From positions 1,024,001-1,088,000 of the forward strand of contig CBDBHB010000008.1 of the NCBI GenBank assembly GCA_965205505.1: DNA of 64,000 nucleotides, read 5' to 3'. The notes beneath the pieces are model-generated. The model saw nothing but the letters and a program-made list of their open reading frames with translations. It was not told the DNA's origin and did not search any database. Of this stretch, positions 39,582 through 49,325 are shown one piece after another. The number at the start of each line of letters is the position of its first letter. Position 1 is the first letter of the stretch. Source of the stretch: Acidobacteriota bacterium. GTDB taxonomy: Bacteria > Acidobacteriota > UBA890 > WLXD01. A program made the position numbers and the translations under genes.

Positions 39582-39932
39582 CCCAACTCTCGTAGCGTAT
39601 CCATCAGTCGGTCTCGTCGGAAAAGCCAATGCGGGCGTTGTTGAGGAACGCGATGCGTGTTCCGATCGCGAACACTATTCTGAATTGGCCCGAAGGCGCT
39701 AGCTGACCTCGCGCTTCACCCTGATTCGACAGCTCCGGCAGGCGCGACGCGTTTGGCTCCGACGACTGGCTGAGTAATCAGCACTACAGGTACTCGCGCT
39801 TCGGAGGTCACGCGTTTGTTGCCGATTTCGAGTTAACTTGACAGTATCTCGATCGGGATTGAACGTCGGGCGAGCGCTTGATGCTGCCCGACAAGACCGC
39901 ACTCACAACAACTCTCAAGAGAGGCTCGCATC

Positions 39933-40886
39933 ATGCAGATCATCAGTGCCGACCAGGTACATGCCGCACTCAGCTATCCCGAATTGGTCGACGCTTTGCA
40001 CGACGCTTTCGGCAAGGACTACAACCAGCCGCCGCGCCAGGTGTTCTTGCTCGATGACGCCGACGACAACTTCGACGCCTTTGCGCTGCTGCCCGCCTGG
40101 AACGACAAGATCATTGCCGTCAAGGCGTTCACCTATTTCCCGAGCAACTCACCGCCGCACGATCTTCTCTACTCCAAGATCATGATCTTCGACCGGCCCC
40201 ACGGCGTGCCCTTGGCGCTCGTGGACGGCGCTACGTGCACCTTCTGGCGCACAGGCGGCGTTTCGGGCTTGGCCACACGTCTGCTGAGCCGCGAGGACTC
40301 GTCCACCATGTTGCTGTTGGGCACGGGCAACCTGTCCACTTACATGATCCGAGCCAATGCCGCGGTGCGCCCCCTCGCGAAAATCATGGTCTGGGGAAAC
40401 CCCGATGGCATGCCCCCAGTGGCCGACGCCGAAGCTCTCGTCTCACGAGCGTCGGAAGAACTACCCGACATCGAATTCTCGGTAGTTACAGACCTCGAGA
40501 CCGCCTGCGGCGAAGCCGATATCATCGTTAGCGCCACCTCTTCTCCCGACATCTTGGTCAGAGGTGCCTGGATCAAAGAGGGCACGCACCTCGACTTCAT
40601 CGGCAACCACCACGCCGACAAGCGGGAATGTGACACCGAAACGATCACCAAGAGCCGCGTCTACGTGGACAGCTACGTCAACGCCTTCAAGGAAGCCGGT
40701 GAGATTCTGGTGCCTATCCAAGAGGGAGTGTTCACGAAGGAAGACGTTGTCGCCGAGCTGTCCGAGATGTGTTCGGGCACGGCCACGTTACGAACCGATG
40801 ACAAAGAGATCACCGTGTTCAAAGCCATTGGCCAGGCATTGACCGACCTGGTGGCTGCGAGCATGGCGCACTCGGCGTCGGAGTAG
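39933..40886 (+). CDS. Ornithine cyclodeaminase/mu-crystallin family (pyrroline-2-carboxylate-reductase-like)
   Basis: LLPAW, KAFTYFP.N, DG...T.WRT, LLGTG, ADIIVSATSS, HLDFIG, REC, EAGE, ITVFKAIG. Confidence 0.9.
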   Translation: MQIISADQVHAALSYPELVDALHDAFGKDYNQPPRQVFLLDDADDNFDAFALLPAWNDKIIAVKAFTYFPSNSPPHDLLYSKIMIFDRPHGVPLALVDGATCTFWRTGGVSGLATRLLSREDSSTMLLLGTGNLSTYMIRANAAVRPLAKIMVWGNPDGMPPVADAEALVSRASEELPDIEFSVVTDLETACGEADIIVSATSSPDILVRGAWIKEGTHLDFIGNHHADKRECDTETITKSRVYVDSYVNAFKEAGEILVPIQEGVFTKEDVVAELSEMCSGTATLRTDDKEITVFKAIGQALTDLVAASMAHSASE

Positions 40887-40977
40887 AGTCCGAAGCAGAC
40901 TCGAGCGTGCGCGTCTGACACTCGCTCCGTTGGGTCGGCTCGTGTGAAACCTCTGCTCGGTTGTTCCTGAAGCGCTC

Positions 40978-41055
40978 CTCGGCGCAGACGGGATGGGCCA
41001 GGTGTACCGAGCCCGCGATACGACGCTGGATCGTGATGTCGCCATCAAGGGGCTC
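40978..41055 (+). pseudogene. Hanks-type Ser/Thr kinase remnant (subdomains I-II only)
   Basis: Translates LGADGMGQVYRARDTTLDRDVAIKGL; rest of the kinase absent. Confidence 0.75.
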
Positions 41056-41077
41056 CGACGTCTTGCCGGGGCCACGG

Positions 41078-42877
41078 TCAGGGGTGAATGACGCTTCCCT
41101 CCTCAGCACCCATGTAGTTGGCCGCCGGAGTGTGCAGCATGTACGAATAAACGATTTCTCCGGCCGGGATGTGTGGCCGCTGGTCCGCCTGCCACGGCAG
41201 AACGGTGCGTAGGCCGGCCAGGGCGTCCTCCGCGGCCCGACCGAACGAACGGGCCGGGTTCTCCGCTTTGCGGACCTCGACCCAGTAGCTCGCCGAGAGC
41301 ATCTCCTCCGCGGTGATTCGGAGGGCGATATCCACGGCCTGTCGAGCCCGCGCTACACGTTGGCGAGTGTACGACTCCATGTCCTCGACATTTCGGACGA
41401 GGCTGAGGCCTTGCGCCGGTATTGGGTTCGTAAGAGTTTGGATCTCGGCCATCAGGTCCGAGATCGACCAGCTCGAGCCCCGCGAAGGTGCCTTGGCGCG
41501 CACTTCCGCGGAGAGCACATCGGCGGGCGCAATCACAGTGAAAAACGTGTCCGGGAAGCGCATGACACGCTGCACCGAGCTGGCCATACTCTCCGCCAGG
41601 GCCATCGAGAACGCCTGCAAGTCGTTAGCCATGGGCTGGGCCACGAAGTTCGCGTTCGAGAGGATGTAGCCGCCTTTGTCCGAGTACGGCCCGGGCTCCA
41701 CGTAGTAGCGTCTTAGCCAGGGGGTGTCGAGCTCCCACGAGTCGCTCGGTGCGGCGCCGGGCACCACGGCCGGGTTGTGGTCGGACGAGTTGATTTGGAT
41801 CAGGACGGTGCGCTTGAGCCGATCGTAGGCCTCCCATAGCGCGCCGCTTCGCTGGCTGTAGTCGCGAAAACTGAGCGGGTCCTGGATGATCCGGCCGCCG
41901 TCTTCCTCGTAGTCGAACAGGTAACTGCCGCGTATGAGATTCAGCAGGCGACGTGCCTGCATGTTCTGGAACGGGAAAGGCCTTGCCTTCTGTGGCACGG
42001 CGGTCAGCGGCGTGATGCTCGAGTTGAGGCCGAGCATGCTGGTTGCGAAGGTCAGCTCCGACCAGTCGAGCATGCGCTTGGCCTCATGGAGTAGGAGCGC
42101 GGCCTGGCCGGCCGAATAGGCGTTCGAGCTGGTGAGGGCCGCATTGTCGGCGGCGAAGGGCTCGAGCTCGTCCAGACCGGCCCTCTCCAGGGCCTCTGCC
42201 GCCGTCATGGGCTCACCCTTCCAGTACGCGTCGCCGACGCCAACCATCGTCCCGCCGACGTTGGACATCATCGGCAGGTCACCCTCGCCCGGCGAGCCAC
42301 GCGACCAGACGACAGGCGTGACCCGCTCATTGATCAGGTCGATGAGCATCTGCGTGAGACCTGGCGAGGCCGACTCGTAAACCATGGTGTTGGCGCGAAC
42401 GACCATCATCGCCCGCACGATTTCCTCTTCCCCGACCACCGGGCCGACCCCCGACCGCGCACCACGCCGGAAGCTGGCGAGCTGCCGATCTTTGAGCAGC
42501 TGCTCATTGTCGGGCCGGAGCGCGTCCCCCTCGAAGATGACCGTTTCGCGCCCTGAACCAGCGCCACGATTGAAGAAGTAGATGGGGATGTTTTGGCGCG
42601 TGCCCTCGAGCAGGAGGTTGTAGGCGTCGAGCGAGCGCTGACGTGCCGCCGTGCCGTACTCCACCTTCGCCCCGCGGCGCGCTACCGCAACGACCTCGTC
42701 GATCGTGAGGTCCTTGCCGGTGAGGATGATCGTCGTACCTGTGTCGGACGGGTTGATTGGGCTCATCGCCGCCGCTCGAGTGGCGACGGTCGGGGGCGCG
42801 GACGCTTGAGTGGCGACGGCCGCGGTCGCGATCGCCAGCGTCGCTACGAGCCCGCCCAACAGACTGTGTGGCTTCAT
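41078..42877 (-). CDS. Aromatic amino acid lyase superfamily protein, MIO-less (ergothionase-like), with signal peptide
   Basis: LTG..LTIDEV..VAR, VRAMM.VRAN, VTP.V.SRGSPGEGDL, QDPLSFR, NSSDHNP, SNANF, VED; GAGGA RBS before ATG 42877. Confidence 0.85.
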   Translation of the reverse strand: MKPHSLLGGLVATLAIATAAVATQASAPPTVATRAAAMSPINPSDTGTTIILTGKDLTIDEVVAVARRGAKVEYGTAARQRSLDAYNLLLEGTRQNIPIYFFNRGAGSGRETVIFEGDALRPDNEQLLKDRQLASFRRGARSGVGPVVGEEEIVRAMMVVRANTMVYESASPGLTQMLIDLINERVTPVVWSRGSPGEGDLPMMSNVGGTMVGVGDAYWKGEPMTAAEALERAGLDELEPFAADNAALTSSNAYSAGQAALLLHEAKRMLDWSELTFATSMLGLNSSITPLTAVPQKARPFPFQNMQARRLLNLIRGSYLFDYEEDGGRIIQDPLSFRDYSQRSGALWEAYDRLKRTVLIQINSSDHNPAVVPGAAPSDSWELDTPWLRRYYVEPGPYSDKGGYILSNANFVAQPMANDLQAFSMALAESMASSVQRVMRFPDTFFTVIAPADVLSAEVRAKAPSRGSSWSISDLMAEIQTLTNPIPAQGLSLVRNVEDMESYTRQRVARARQAVDIALRITAEEMLSASYWVEVRKAENPARSFGRAAEDALAGLRTVLPWQADQRPHIPAGEIVYSYMLHTPAANYMGAEEGSVIHP

Positions 42878-43197
42878 CGCACGTATCCTCGCCTGGTGAA
42901 GTTGCAGAGCCTGACAGCTGACGCCGCGGCTTTTTCGGTGGCGGTCAGCGGCGGACCGTCGCAACGTTGACCCAGCTCGACCACGGGCCGGAGAGGCATG
43001 GGTGGCCTCAGCTTCTACCTGGCGGAGAGGCGTTGCTGTTTACCGCCGAGCAGGAGGGCGATGATACCAGCACTGGGGTACTTGATCCAAAGAATGGGAA
43101 TCGGAAGGTGGTGATGCGGGGCGCATCTCACGGACGCTAGAATACGGCACCTCGTCAGCCATCTCGCGGCGACGAGGAGACCCACGAGGAGACTGGC

Positions 43198-44514
43198 ATG
43201 ATCAAATCGGGGACTGCAATAGTCGGCGTTCTTCTGCTGGTGGCGGCTACTCCCCAGGGGCAAGAAGCCCCGGGCGGCCAGTTCTGGGCGCGCTGGCGCG
43301 GCCCCCTCAACACCGGCGTGTCGCCGACCGCCAACCCGCCCCTCGCATGGAGCGAATCTGAGAACATCCGCTGGAAAGTGGAGATTCCCGGCCGAGGTTT
43401 CGCCTCACCGGTCGTGTGGGATGATCGTATCTTCGTGACGACGGCGGTCCCGGCGGACCTTGCGGGGGATGCCCAACACGACCCGCGGGGAGGCGAGGCA
43501 TCACGCGGTGTGCATCGATTCGTCGTCATGGCGATCGATCGAGAAACAGGTCGCACAATCTGGGAACGGATCGCGCGCGAGCAGGAACCGCACGAGGCGG
43601 GACACCCGGCCAACAGCACCTGGGCATCAAGCTCGCCTGTGACGGATGGGGAACGCGTCTACGCCTACTTCGAGTCGTTCGGTCTTTACGCCTACGACAT
43701 GGACGGCGCGCTGATTTGGGAGACGGACTTCGGCGACAAGGGGATGCGGAATGAGTTCGGCGAGGGATCGACGCCGGCGCTGTTCGGCAACACGCTCGTC
43801 ATCGTCTGGGACCACCTGCACGGGAACTCTTCTGTCATCGCCGTGGACGCCCGCACGGGCGAAGAGCTGTGGCGCGTGCCGCGAGATGAAATCGACACGT
43901 GGGCGACCCCGATCATTCTGGACGTCAACGGACACCCGCAGGTAATCGTGCCCGCCATGGAGCGCGTTCGGAGCTACGACCTCGAGAACGGGAGCGTCGT
44001 CTGGGAAAGCGACGGTCTGACGATGAACGCCATTCCCTCTCCGGTGTACGAGAACGGTCTGGTGTTCCTCATGAGCGGCTTCAGGGGAAACGACCTCAAG
44101 GCCATCCGCGTGGCCGGCGCGCGCGGCGACGTCGATGGGACGGATGCCATCGTCTGGACGCTGGACCGTGACACGCCGTACGTACCGTCGCCGGTGCTCA
44201 TCGATGGCATTCTGTATTTCCTGAAGAGCAACTCAGGTGTCCTGTCGGCGCTCGACGCCGCGACAGGCGTGCCGCACTATCGGAACCAGCGGCTTGACGG
44301 TCTCTCGAGCGTCTTTTCCTCGCCCGTGGCGGCCGAGGGACGCGTGTACTTTACTGGGCACGACGGGACCACGGTGGTGGTCCGTTCTGGGGCGGAGTTC
44401 GAGGTGTTGGCCACAAACACGCTGGATGACGGCTTCGACGCCTCGCCCGCCCTCGTGAACAACAACATCTACCTGCGCGGATACCAGTACCTCTACGCGA
44501 TCAGCGAACAGTGA
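43198..44514 (+). CDS. PQQ-binding-like beta-propeller exported protein
   Basis: WARWRGP..TG, GFASPVVW, ASSSPVTDG, GEGSTP, PYVPSP, FDASPA. Confidence 0.88.
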   Translation: MIKSGTAIVGVLLLVAATPQGQEAPGGQFWARWRGPLNTGVSPTANPPLAWSESENIRWKVEIPGRGFASPVVWDDRIFVTTAVPADLAGDAQHDPRGGEASRGVHRFVVMAIDRETGRTIWERIAREQEPHEAGHPANSTWASSSPVTDGERVYAYFESFGLYAYDMDGALIWETDFGDKGMRNEFGEGSTPALFGNTLVIVWDHLHGNSSVIAVDARTGEELWRVPRDEIDTWATPIILDVNGHPQVIVPAMERVRSYDLENGSVVWESDGLTMNAIPSPVYENGLVFLMSGFRGNDLKAIRVAGARGDVDGTDAIVWTLDRDTPYVPSPVLIDGILYFLKSNSGVLSALDAATGVPHYRNQRLDGLSSVFSSPVAAEGRVYFTGHDGTTVVVRSGAEFEVLATNTLDDGFDASPALVNNNIYLRGYQYLYAISEQ

Positions 44515-44533
44515 GCACGCCGGTACGTCCAAG

Positions 44534-44850
44534 TTGACGGCGTGGCTGCTCAGACCCGATCCTGTGGAACGTCGGCGCGAGATGGCACCGGGCAGCCCGT
44601 GGCTGACTGCGGGCCTGCTCGCCGTCAGCCTACTGCTCGGCATCGCAGTCCTCGAGGTGGGGGTGCGTCTTCTGATCCCGGTCCGAAACGTCGGGCTCTC
44701 GTTCACCGTCTACGACCCCGTCTATGGACGACGGCTCAAGCAAGACGCCTCGATCCGGCGGATCACGCCCGGGTTCACGATGCAGCTGACAACGAACTCT
44801 CTCGGCCATCGTGGGCCCGAGCCACGCGAACCGCTCGACGTTCCCATCCT
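44534..44850 (+). pseudogene. N-terminal remnant of an SGNH/GDSL-type membrane-anchored protein
   Basis: TM ending LEVGVRL, YDPVYG..LK, TNSLGHRGPE, then similarity stops just before the expected GDS motif. Confidence 0.5.
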
Positions 44851-44999
44851 CTGGACGCCCGCGTCGCCCTGGGCCGAGTGTTGCTCGCCGGCCTCGCTTC
44901 TCCCTTGGATCCACGTAAGCTCCAGCGATAGGCTTCAGGCGCTTACCCACCCTGGCTCGGGAGCGCCATCGTGACCGCCGTCCACCGGAGAACAGCGAG

Positions 45000-46823
45000 A
45001 TGGCTATGAAGACGATTCGGATCCTAACCCTGATACTTCTTGTCCCGGTCTCTGCAGCTGTGGCGCAGCAGTCCCGCCTGCCCGCGACAGCCGTGCAGGT
45101 CGCCCGGCCCGGAGGGAAGTTGCCGGGCAACGTCCAGATCTCGCTCGTCAAGATCGCGGACGGCTTTCAGGACCCGACCAATGTTGCCAGCGCCGGGGAC
45201 GGCACGGGCCGGATCTTCGTGGTCGAGCGCGCCGGCCGGGTGCGGATCGTCCACTGGGACGGGCGAGTACAGAAGGAGCCGTTTCTCGATCTCACCAACA
45301 TCAATCCCCTGGGGAGCGACGTGCAAACGGGCTTCGTCGAGCAGGGGCTTTACGCGATCGCGTTCCATCCCAGTTTCAGGGAGAACGGGTATTTCTATGC
45401 GCACTACGCGTCGCTGCCGTTCAACGGAGACGGGGTGATCGTGCGTTTCCAGGTCGACCCCGAGAGCCCGAACATCGTGACGGCGGAGCGCACACGCCAG
45501 ACCGCGAAGGTCCTGATGCGGATCGAGCAGCCGTACTACAACCACAACGGCGGGCAGATCGAGTTCGGTCCCGACGGCTATCTCTACATCGGGTCCGGGG
45601 ACGGCGGTTGGGAAGGTGATCCACTGGAGGCTGGGCAGGATCTCTCGACGCTGCTCGGCAAGATGATCAGGATCGACGTCGACACCTCCGACAACGATCG
45701 CATCCCCTACAGAATTCCCGAGACGAACCCCCTAGCCAGCGCCAGTGACGAGCGGCTGATGCAGCTTTTCGGAATCTCGGAGCTCGAATTCTCGAAAATC
45801 AAGACGAGGGGACGCCCGGAAATCTGGGCTTACGGGGTGCGCAACCCATACGAGTTCTCCTTCGACCTGAAGACGGGCGATCTGTACATCGCCGACGTCG
45901 GACAGAACCACTGGGAGGAGATCATCTTCCAGCCCTCGGCGAGCCGTGGAGGAGAAAACTATGGCTGGCCGAGGATGAACGGAACGAAGTGCTACCCCAT
46001 GACGGGCGCTTCCGACCAGTGCCCGCAGGTGGGATTGCTGCCGGCAGCGGAGTATCCGCACGAAGTCCCTTACCCGGGCGCAGCGCCGCTCACGGGAGGC
46101 TTTGGCTGCTCGGTGCAGGGACTGGGGGTGGCGAATTACGGCGGAATGAACGGGGTTTATCTCGTGGGGGACTGGTGCTCGGGGCGTGTCTTCGGTCTCG
46201 GATGGGACGGCGAGCGCTGGCAGCTCGAGGAGCTCCTGCAGACGAACCTGCAGTTCACAGCCGGCGGCTATGACGAAGACGGGTTCGTCCTCGCCGTCAA
46301 CTGCAACTGCTTCTACACGTCGGACCGCGGTCCCGCCGCGAATCCGCCGGGCTCGCTCTGGCGCATCGTCCCGTCGAGGGAAGTCGGGCCCGGCACCGAG
46401 GTCGCAAGAGTGGTCACCGCGGATTCGACGGGCGCAGTGGAGGGCGGCGGTCCCCTGGTGTTTCGGAACGCCTTGGATGACACGCCGCTGGATTTCAACA
46501 GCGAGCCGGAGGCAAGCCTGTCCGCGACGATCCGGCAATTCCGGGATTCCGGGCTGAATCCCTACAACGGGAATGCGACGGCCGTCGGCGAGGGAAGGAC
46601 GACCTATCTCCAGGAGTGCGCCTCCTGTCACCTGGAGGACGGTACCGGCCGCATCGGGTCGAGCCTCGTCGACGATCAATACACTCACGCGCGCGTCTCC
46701 ACGGACGTCGGGATGTTCGAGGTGATCTACGCCGGCGGGGTGGGCGCGATGCAGCCCGCCGCCGGCCGCATCACCCTCGACGAGATGCTGAAGATCATGG
46801 CGTTTCTCGACTCGTTGAAGTGA
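45000..46823 (+). CDS. PQQ-dependent sugar (sorbosone/GSDH-type) dehydrogenase fused to cytochrome c
   Basis: EQGLYAIAFHP, NHNGGQIEFGPDGYLYI.SGDGG, LLGKMIRIDVD, YGVRNPY..SFD, ADVGQ..WEE, NYGW; C-terminal CASCH...GGVGAM. Confidence 0.9.
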   Translation: MAMKTIRILTLILLVPVSAAVAQQSRLPATAVQVARPGGKLPGNVQISLVKIADGFQDPTNVASAGDGTGRIFVVERAGRVRIVHWDGRVQKEPFLDLTNINPLGSDVQTGFVEQGLYAIAFHPSFRENGYFYAHYASLPFNGDGVIVRFQVDPESPNIVTAERTRQTAKVLMRIEQPYYNHNGGQIEFGPDGYLYIGSGDGGWEGDPLEAGQDLSTLLGKMIRIDVDTSDNDRIPYRIPETNPLASASDERLMQLFGISELEFSKIKTRGRPEIWAYGVRNPYEFSFDLKTGDLYIADVGQNHWEEIIFQPSASRGGENYGWPRMNGTKCYPMTGASDQCPQVGLLPAAEYPHEVPYPGAAPLTGGFGCSVQGLGVANYGGMNGVYLVGDWCSGRVFGLGWDGERWQLEELLQTNLQFTAGGYDEDGFVLAVNCNCFYTSDRGPAANPPGSLWRIVPSREVGPGTEVARVVTADSTGAVEGGGPLVFRNALDDTPLDFNSEPEASLSATIRQFRDSGLNPYNGNATAVGEGRTTYLQECASCHLEDGTGRIGSSLVDDQYTHARVSTDVGMFEVIYAGGVGAMQPAAGRITLDEMLKIMAFLDSLK

Positions 46824-46942
46824 TGACAAACGAGCGTGCCGCCTCTGTGCGGACGCGTCGGCGTGCAGCGATCTGGTAAGAATACCGCTTCGGGGGATCT
46901 GCTTACCGAAAGCGATGTGGATCTCCAGAGATTGGAGCGCCC

Positions 46943-49249
46943 GTGACAACAAGCTCCTTGAACCATGGCGGTGCTGTGCCTACGCGCCTCGCGCGCCTGT
47001 TGGTGGTGACCTGTGCGTTGCTTCCGGCAGCGTGGATCCCAATGGCCGAGGCAGCCGTTGGAGGGATCACGGCGGGGGCACAGGTGCCGGGCGCCGTCGA
47101 CGCGGAGAAGTCCGTCGCTGCAACCCGGGTGACCGTCGCGCCGACGCTCGACGGTCGCCTCGACGACCAGGTCTGGACGGAAGCGGTCGTGGCCTCTGAA
47201 TTCCGCCAGCGGGAGCCGATCGAGGGAGCGCCGGCATCCGAGAGAACCGAGGTTCGCATCCTCTACGACGACGACAACCTCTACTTGGGGTTCGTTCTCT
47301 TCGATAGCGACCCGAGCGGGATTCGCGCCACCCAGCTGCGACGCGACAGCCTCCGGCTTCGCACCCAGCGGCCGGGCAGAGGTACTGGTGGAGACGGCGC
47401 CGGAGCCGCAGCGGCCGGACGATCCGACGACACCGTGAGCGTGATCCTGGACACCTTTCACGATCATCGCAACGCCTTCGTGTTCACCGTCAACGCGTTG
47501 GGCACGCGCAGCGATGCGACGGTGCGAAACGAGCGCGAGGTCAATCAGGATTGGGATGAGCGCTGGGAGGCGGCGGCCCAGATCACCGACCGGGGATGGG
47601 AGGCCGAGATGAGCATTCCCTGGGCCAGCTTGCGTTATGCGCAGGGCAATCCGATATGGGGGATCGACTTTCGGCGCCAGATTCGTCGCAAGAACGAGGA
47701 GGTTGTTTGGAGCAACTACGTCCAGGACTACGAGTTCACGACGATTTCCCAGGCGGGCCAGTTGCGGGGCCTTATGGACCTGCGACTGACGGGGCGTTTT
47801 CGCCTCAAGCCCTATGTGCTCGGTGGATACGATTCCTTCCAGCAGCGGGAGGCCCCGATCTCGGAGAGCTCTGCCGCGTTCGGCATCGAGGACTTCAAGA
47901 TCAAGCTGACCTCAAACCTCACCTCGCAGCTGACGTTCAACACCGATTTCGCCCAGGTGGAGGTCGACGAGCAGAGGGTTAACCTGACGCGATTCTCGCT
48001 TTTCTTCCCGGAGAAGCGCGAGTTCTTCCTGGAGGCGGCCAACAGCTTCAGCTTCGGCAACACGGAAGGCGGGCTCGGAAGCCCGCCCCCATCGCGACTG
48101 TTTTTCTCGCGACGCATCGGCCTGGATGAGGATGGCAACTCGCTGCCGATCGATTTCGGCGCCAAGCTGACGGGCAAGATCGGTCGCGGAAACCTCGGCT
48201 TCTTGAACGTCCAGACGGGAGACTCGCAGTTCGGCGAGGGCCGCAACTACAGCGCCTTGCGATGGCGTCAGGATCTGCTGGCTCGATCGAGCGTCGGTGC
48301 CTTCGTCTCCAACGTTCAGGGGCCCGGAGGGGACACCAACCGGGTCGCTGGTCTCGATGCCAACTTCACCTTTCTCGACCACCTCAATATCTCCGGCTTC
48401 GCCGCCACGGCGCGCGACAACGAGGTCGAGGGTGACTCCTGGATCGGACACTTCCAAACGCGCTGGGAGAGCGATCTATGGGAGGCGAACGCCGAGATCA
48501 TGGTGATCGAGGAGGACTTTCGCACCGACCTCGGCTTCATCCCTCGCACCGATATCATCAAACAGAGGCTCACCGGCAGCTACAAGCCGCGGCCGGGGTT
48601 GTCGTGGTTGCGTCAAGTGGAGATCAATCCGGTCTTCGATCGCAACACCACGACTGACGGGCAGCTAGTGACGCGCACCAGCATGTTGCTGACCCGTGTC
48701 ATCTTCGAGTCTGGCGACTCGTTCTTCGCGACCATTCGCAATCGTTTCGAGTTGCTCGATGTTCCCTTCGACGTTCATCCGACCGTCACGATTCCCGCTG
48801 GCGGATACGACTTCAACCAATGGTCGATCACCTTCAGCAGCTATCCGGGTCGGCGAGTCAGCGGTGGCTTGTCGATCCGGACCGGTGAGTTCTTCGACGG
48901 CGACAGGCTTTTCCTAACCCCGCGGTTGAGCCTGAGGATGAACGAGAACTTCAGCCTGCGCGCCGACTACAGCCGCAACTGGGTCAATCTTCCCGGCGGG
49001 TCGTTCGTCGTTCATCTGGCGCGACTGCGCGCCGACGTTTCGTTCTCAGATCGATGGCTCACCGACGCGTTGGTGCAATACGACAGCGTGACCGACGAGA
49101 TCTCGGTGTTCGGTCGTCTCCGCTACATCTATCGCATCGGCGACAGCTTCTATCTGGTGTATCGGCAGACACGCCGTGTCAGCGGCGAGTTCTCTGGACT
49201 CGAAGACCGGTCCTTGACCACAAAGATGACCTACGCGTTTCAATGGTAG
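46943..49249 (+). CDS. DUF5916 / CBM9-like outer-membrane protein, paralogue 1
   Basis: LDG.LDD.VW, FRQREP.EG.PASERTEVRILYD, TDFAQVE.D, NLTRFSLFFPEKREFFLE, LFFSRRIG; C-terminal aromatic YAFQW. Confidence 0.88.
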   Translation: MTTSSLNHGGAVPTRLARLLVVTCALLPAAWIPMAEAAVGGITAGAQVPGAVDAEKSVAATRVTVAPTLDGRLDDQVWTEAVVASEFRQREPIEGAPASERTEVRILYDDDNLYLGFVLFDSDPSGIRATQLRRDSLRLRTQRPGRGTGGDGAGAAAAGRSDDTVSVILDTFHDHRNAFVFTVNALGTRSDATVRNEREVNQDWDERWEAAAQITDRGWEAEMSIPWASLRYAQGNPIWGIDFRRQIRRKNEEVVWSNYVQDYEFTTISQAGQLRGLMDLRLTGRFRLKPYVLGGYDSFQQREAPISESSAAFGIEDFKIKLTSNLTSQLTFNTDFAQVEVDEQRVNLTRFSLFFPEKREFFLEAANSFSFGNTEGGLGSPPPSRLFFSRRIGLDEDGNSLPIDFGAKLTGKIGRGNLGFLNVQTGDSQFGEGRNYSALRWRQDLLARSSVGAFVSNVQGPGGDTNRVAGLDANFTFLDHLNISGFAATARDNEVEGDSWIGHFQTRWESDLWEANAEIMVIEEDFRTDLGFIPRTDIIKQRLTGSYKPRPGLSWLRQVEINPVFDRNTTTDGQLVTRTSMLLTRVIFESGDSFFATIRNRFELLDVPFDVHPTVTIPAGGYDFNQWSITFSSYPGRRVSGGLSIRTGEFFDGDRLFLTPRLSLRMNENFSLRADYSRNWVNLPGGSFVVHLARLRADVSFSDRWLTDALVQYDSVTDEISVFGRLRYIYRIGDSFYLVYRQTRRVSGEFSGLEDRSLTTKMTYAFQW

Positions 49250-49325
49250 TTTGGCCCTTCGCAGCCGCTGAGCTGCCCGGCGCTGTCTGGCACGCCGTGG
49301 ACCGACCTCACCAAGGATCCGTAGC

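Noticed and set aside
39630-39932. Riboswitch or ncRNA in the divergent intergenic region
   Set aside because: No recognisable conserved motif by eye; an Rfam/Infernal scan would be needed.
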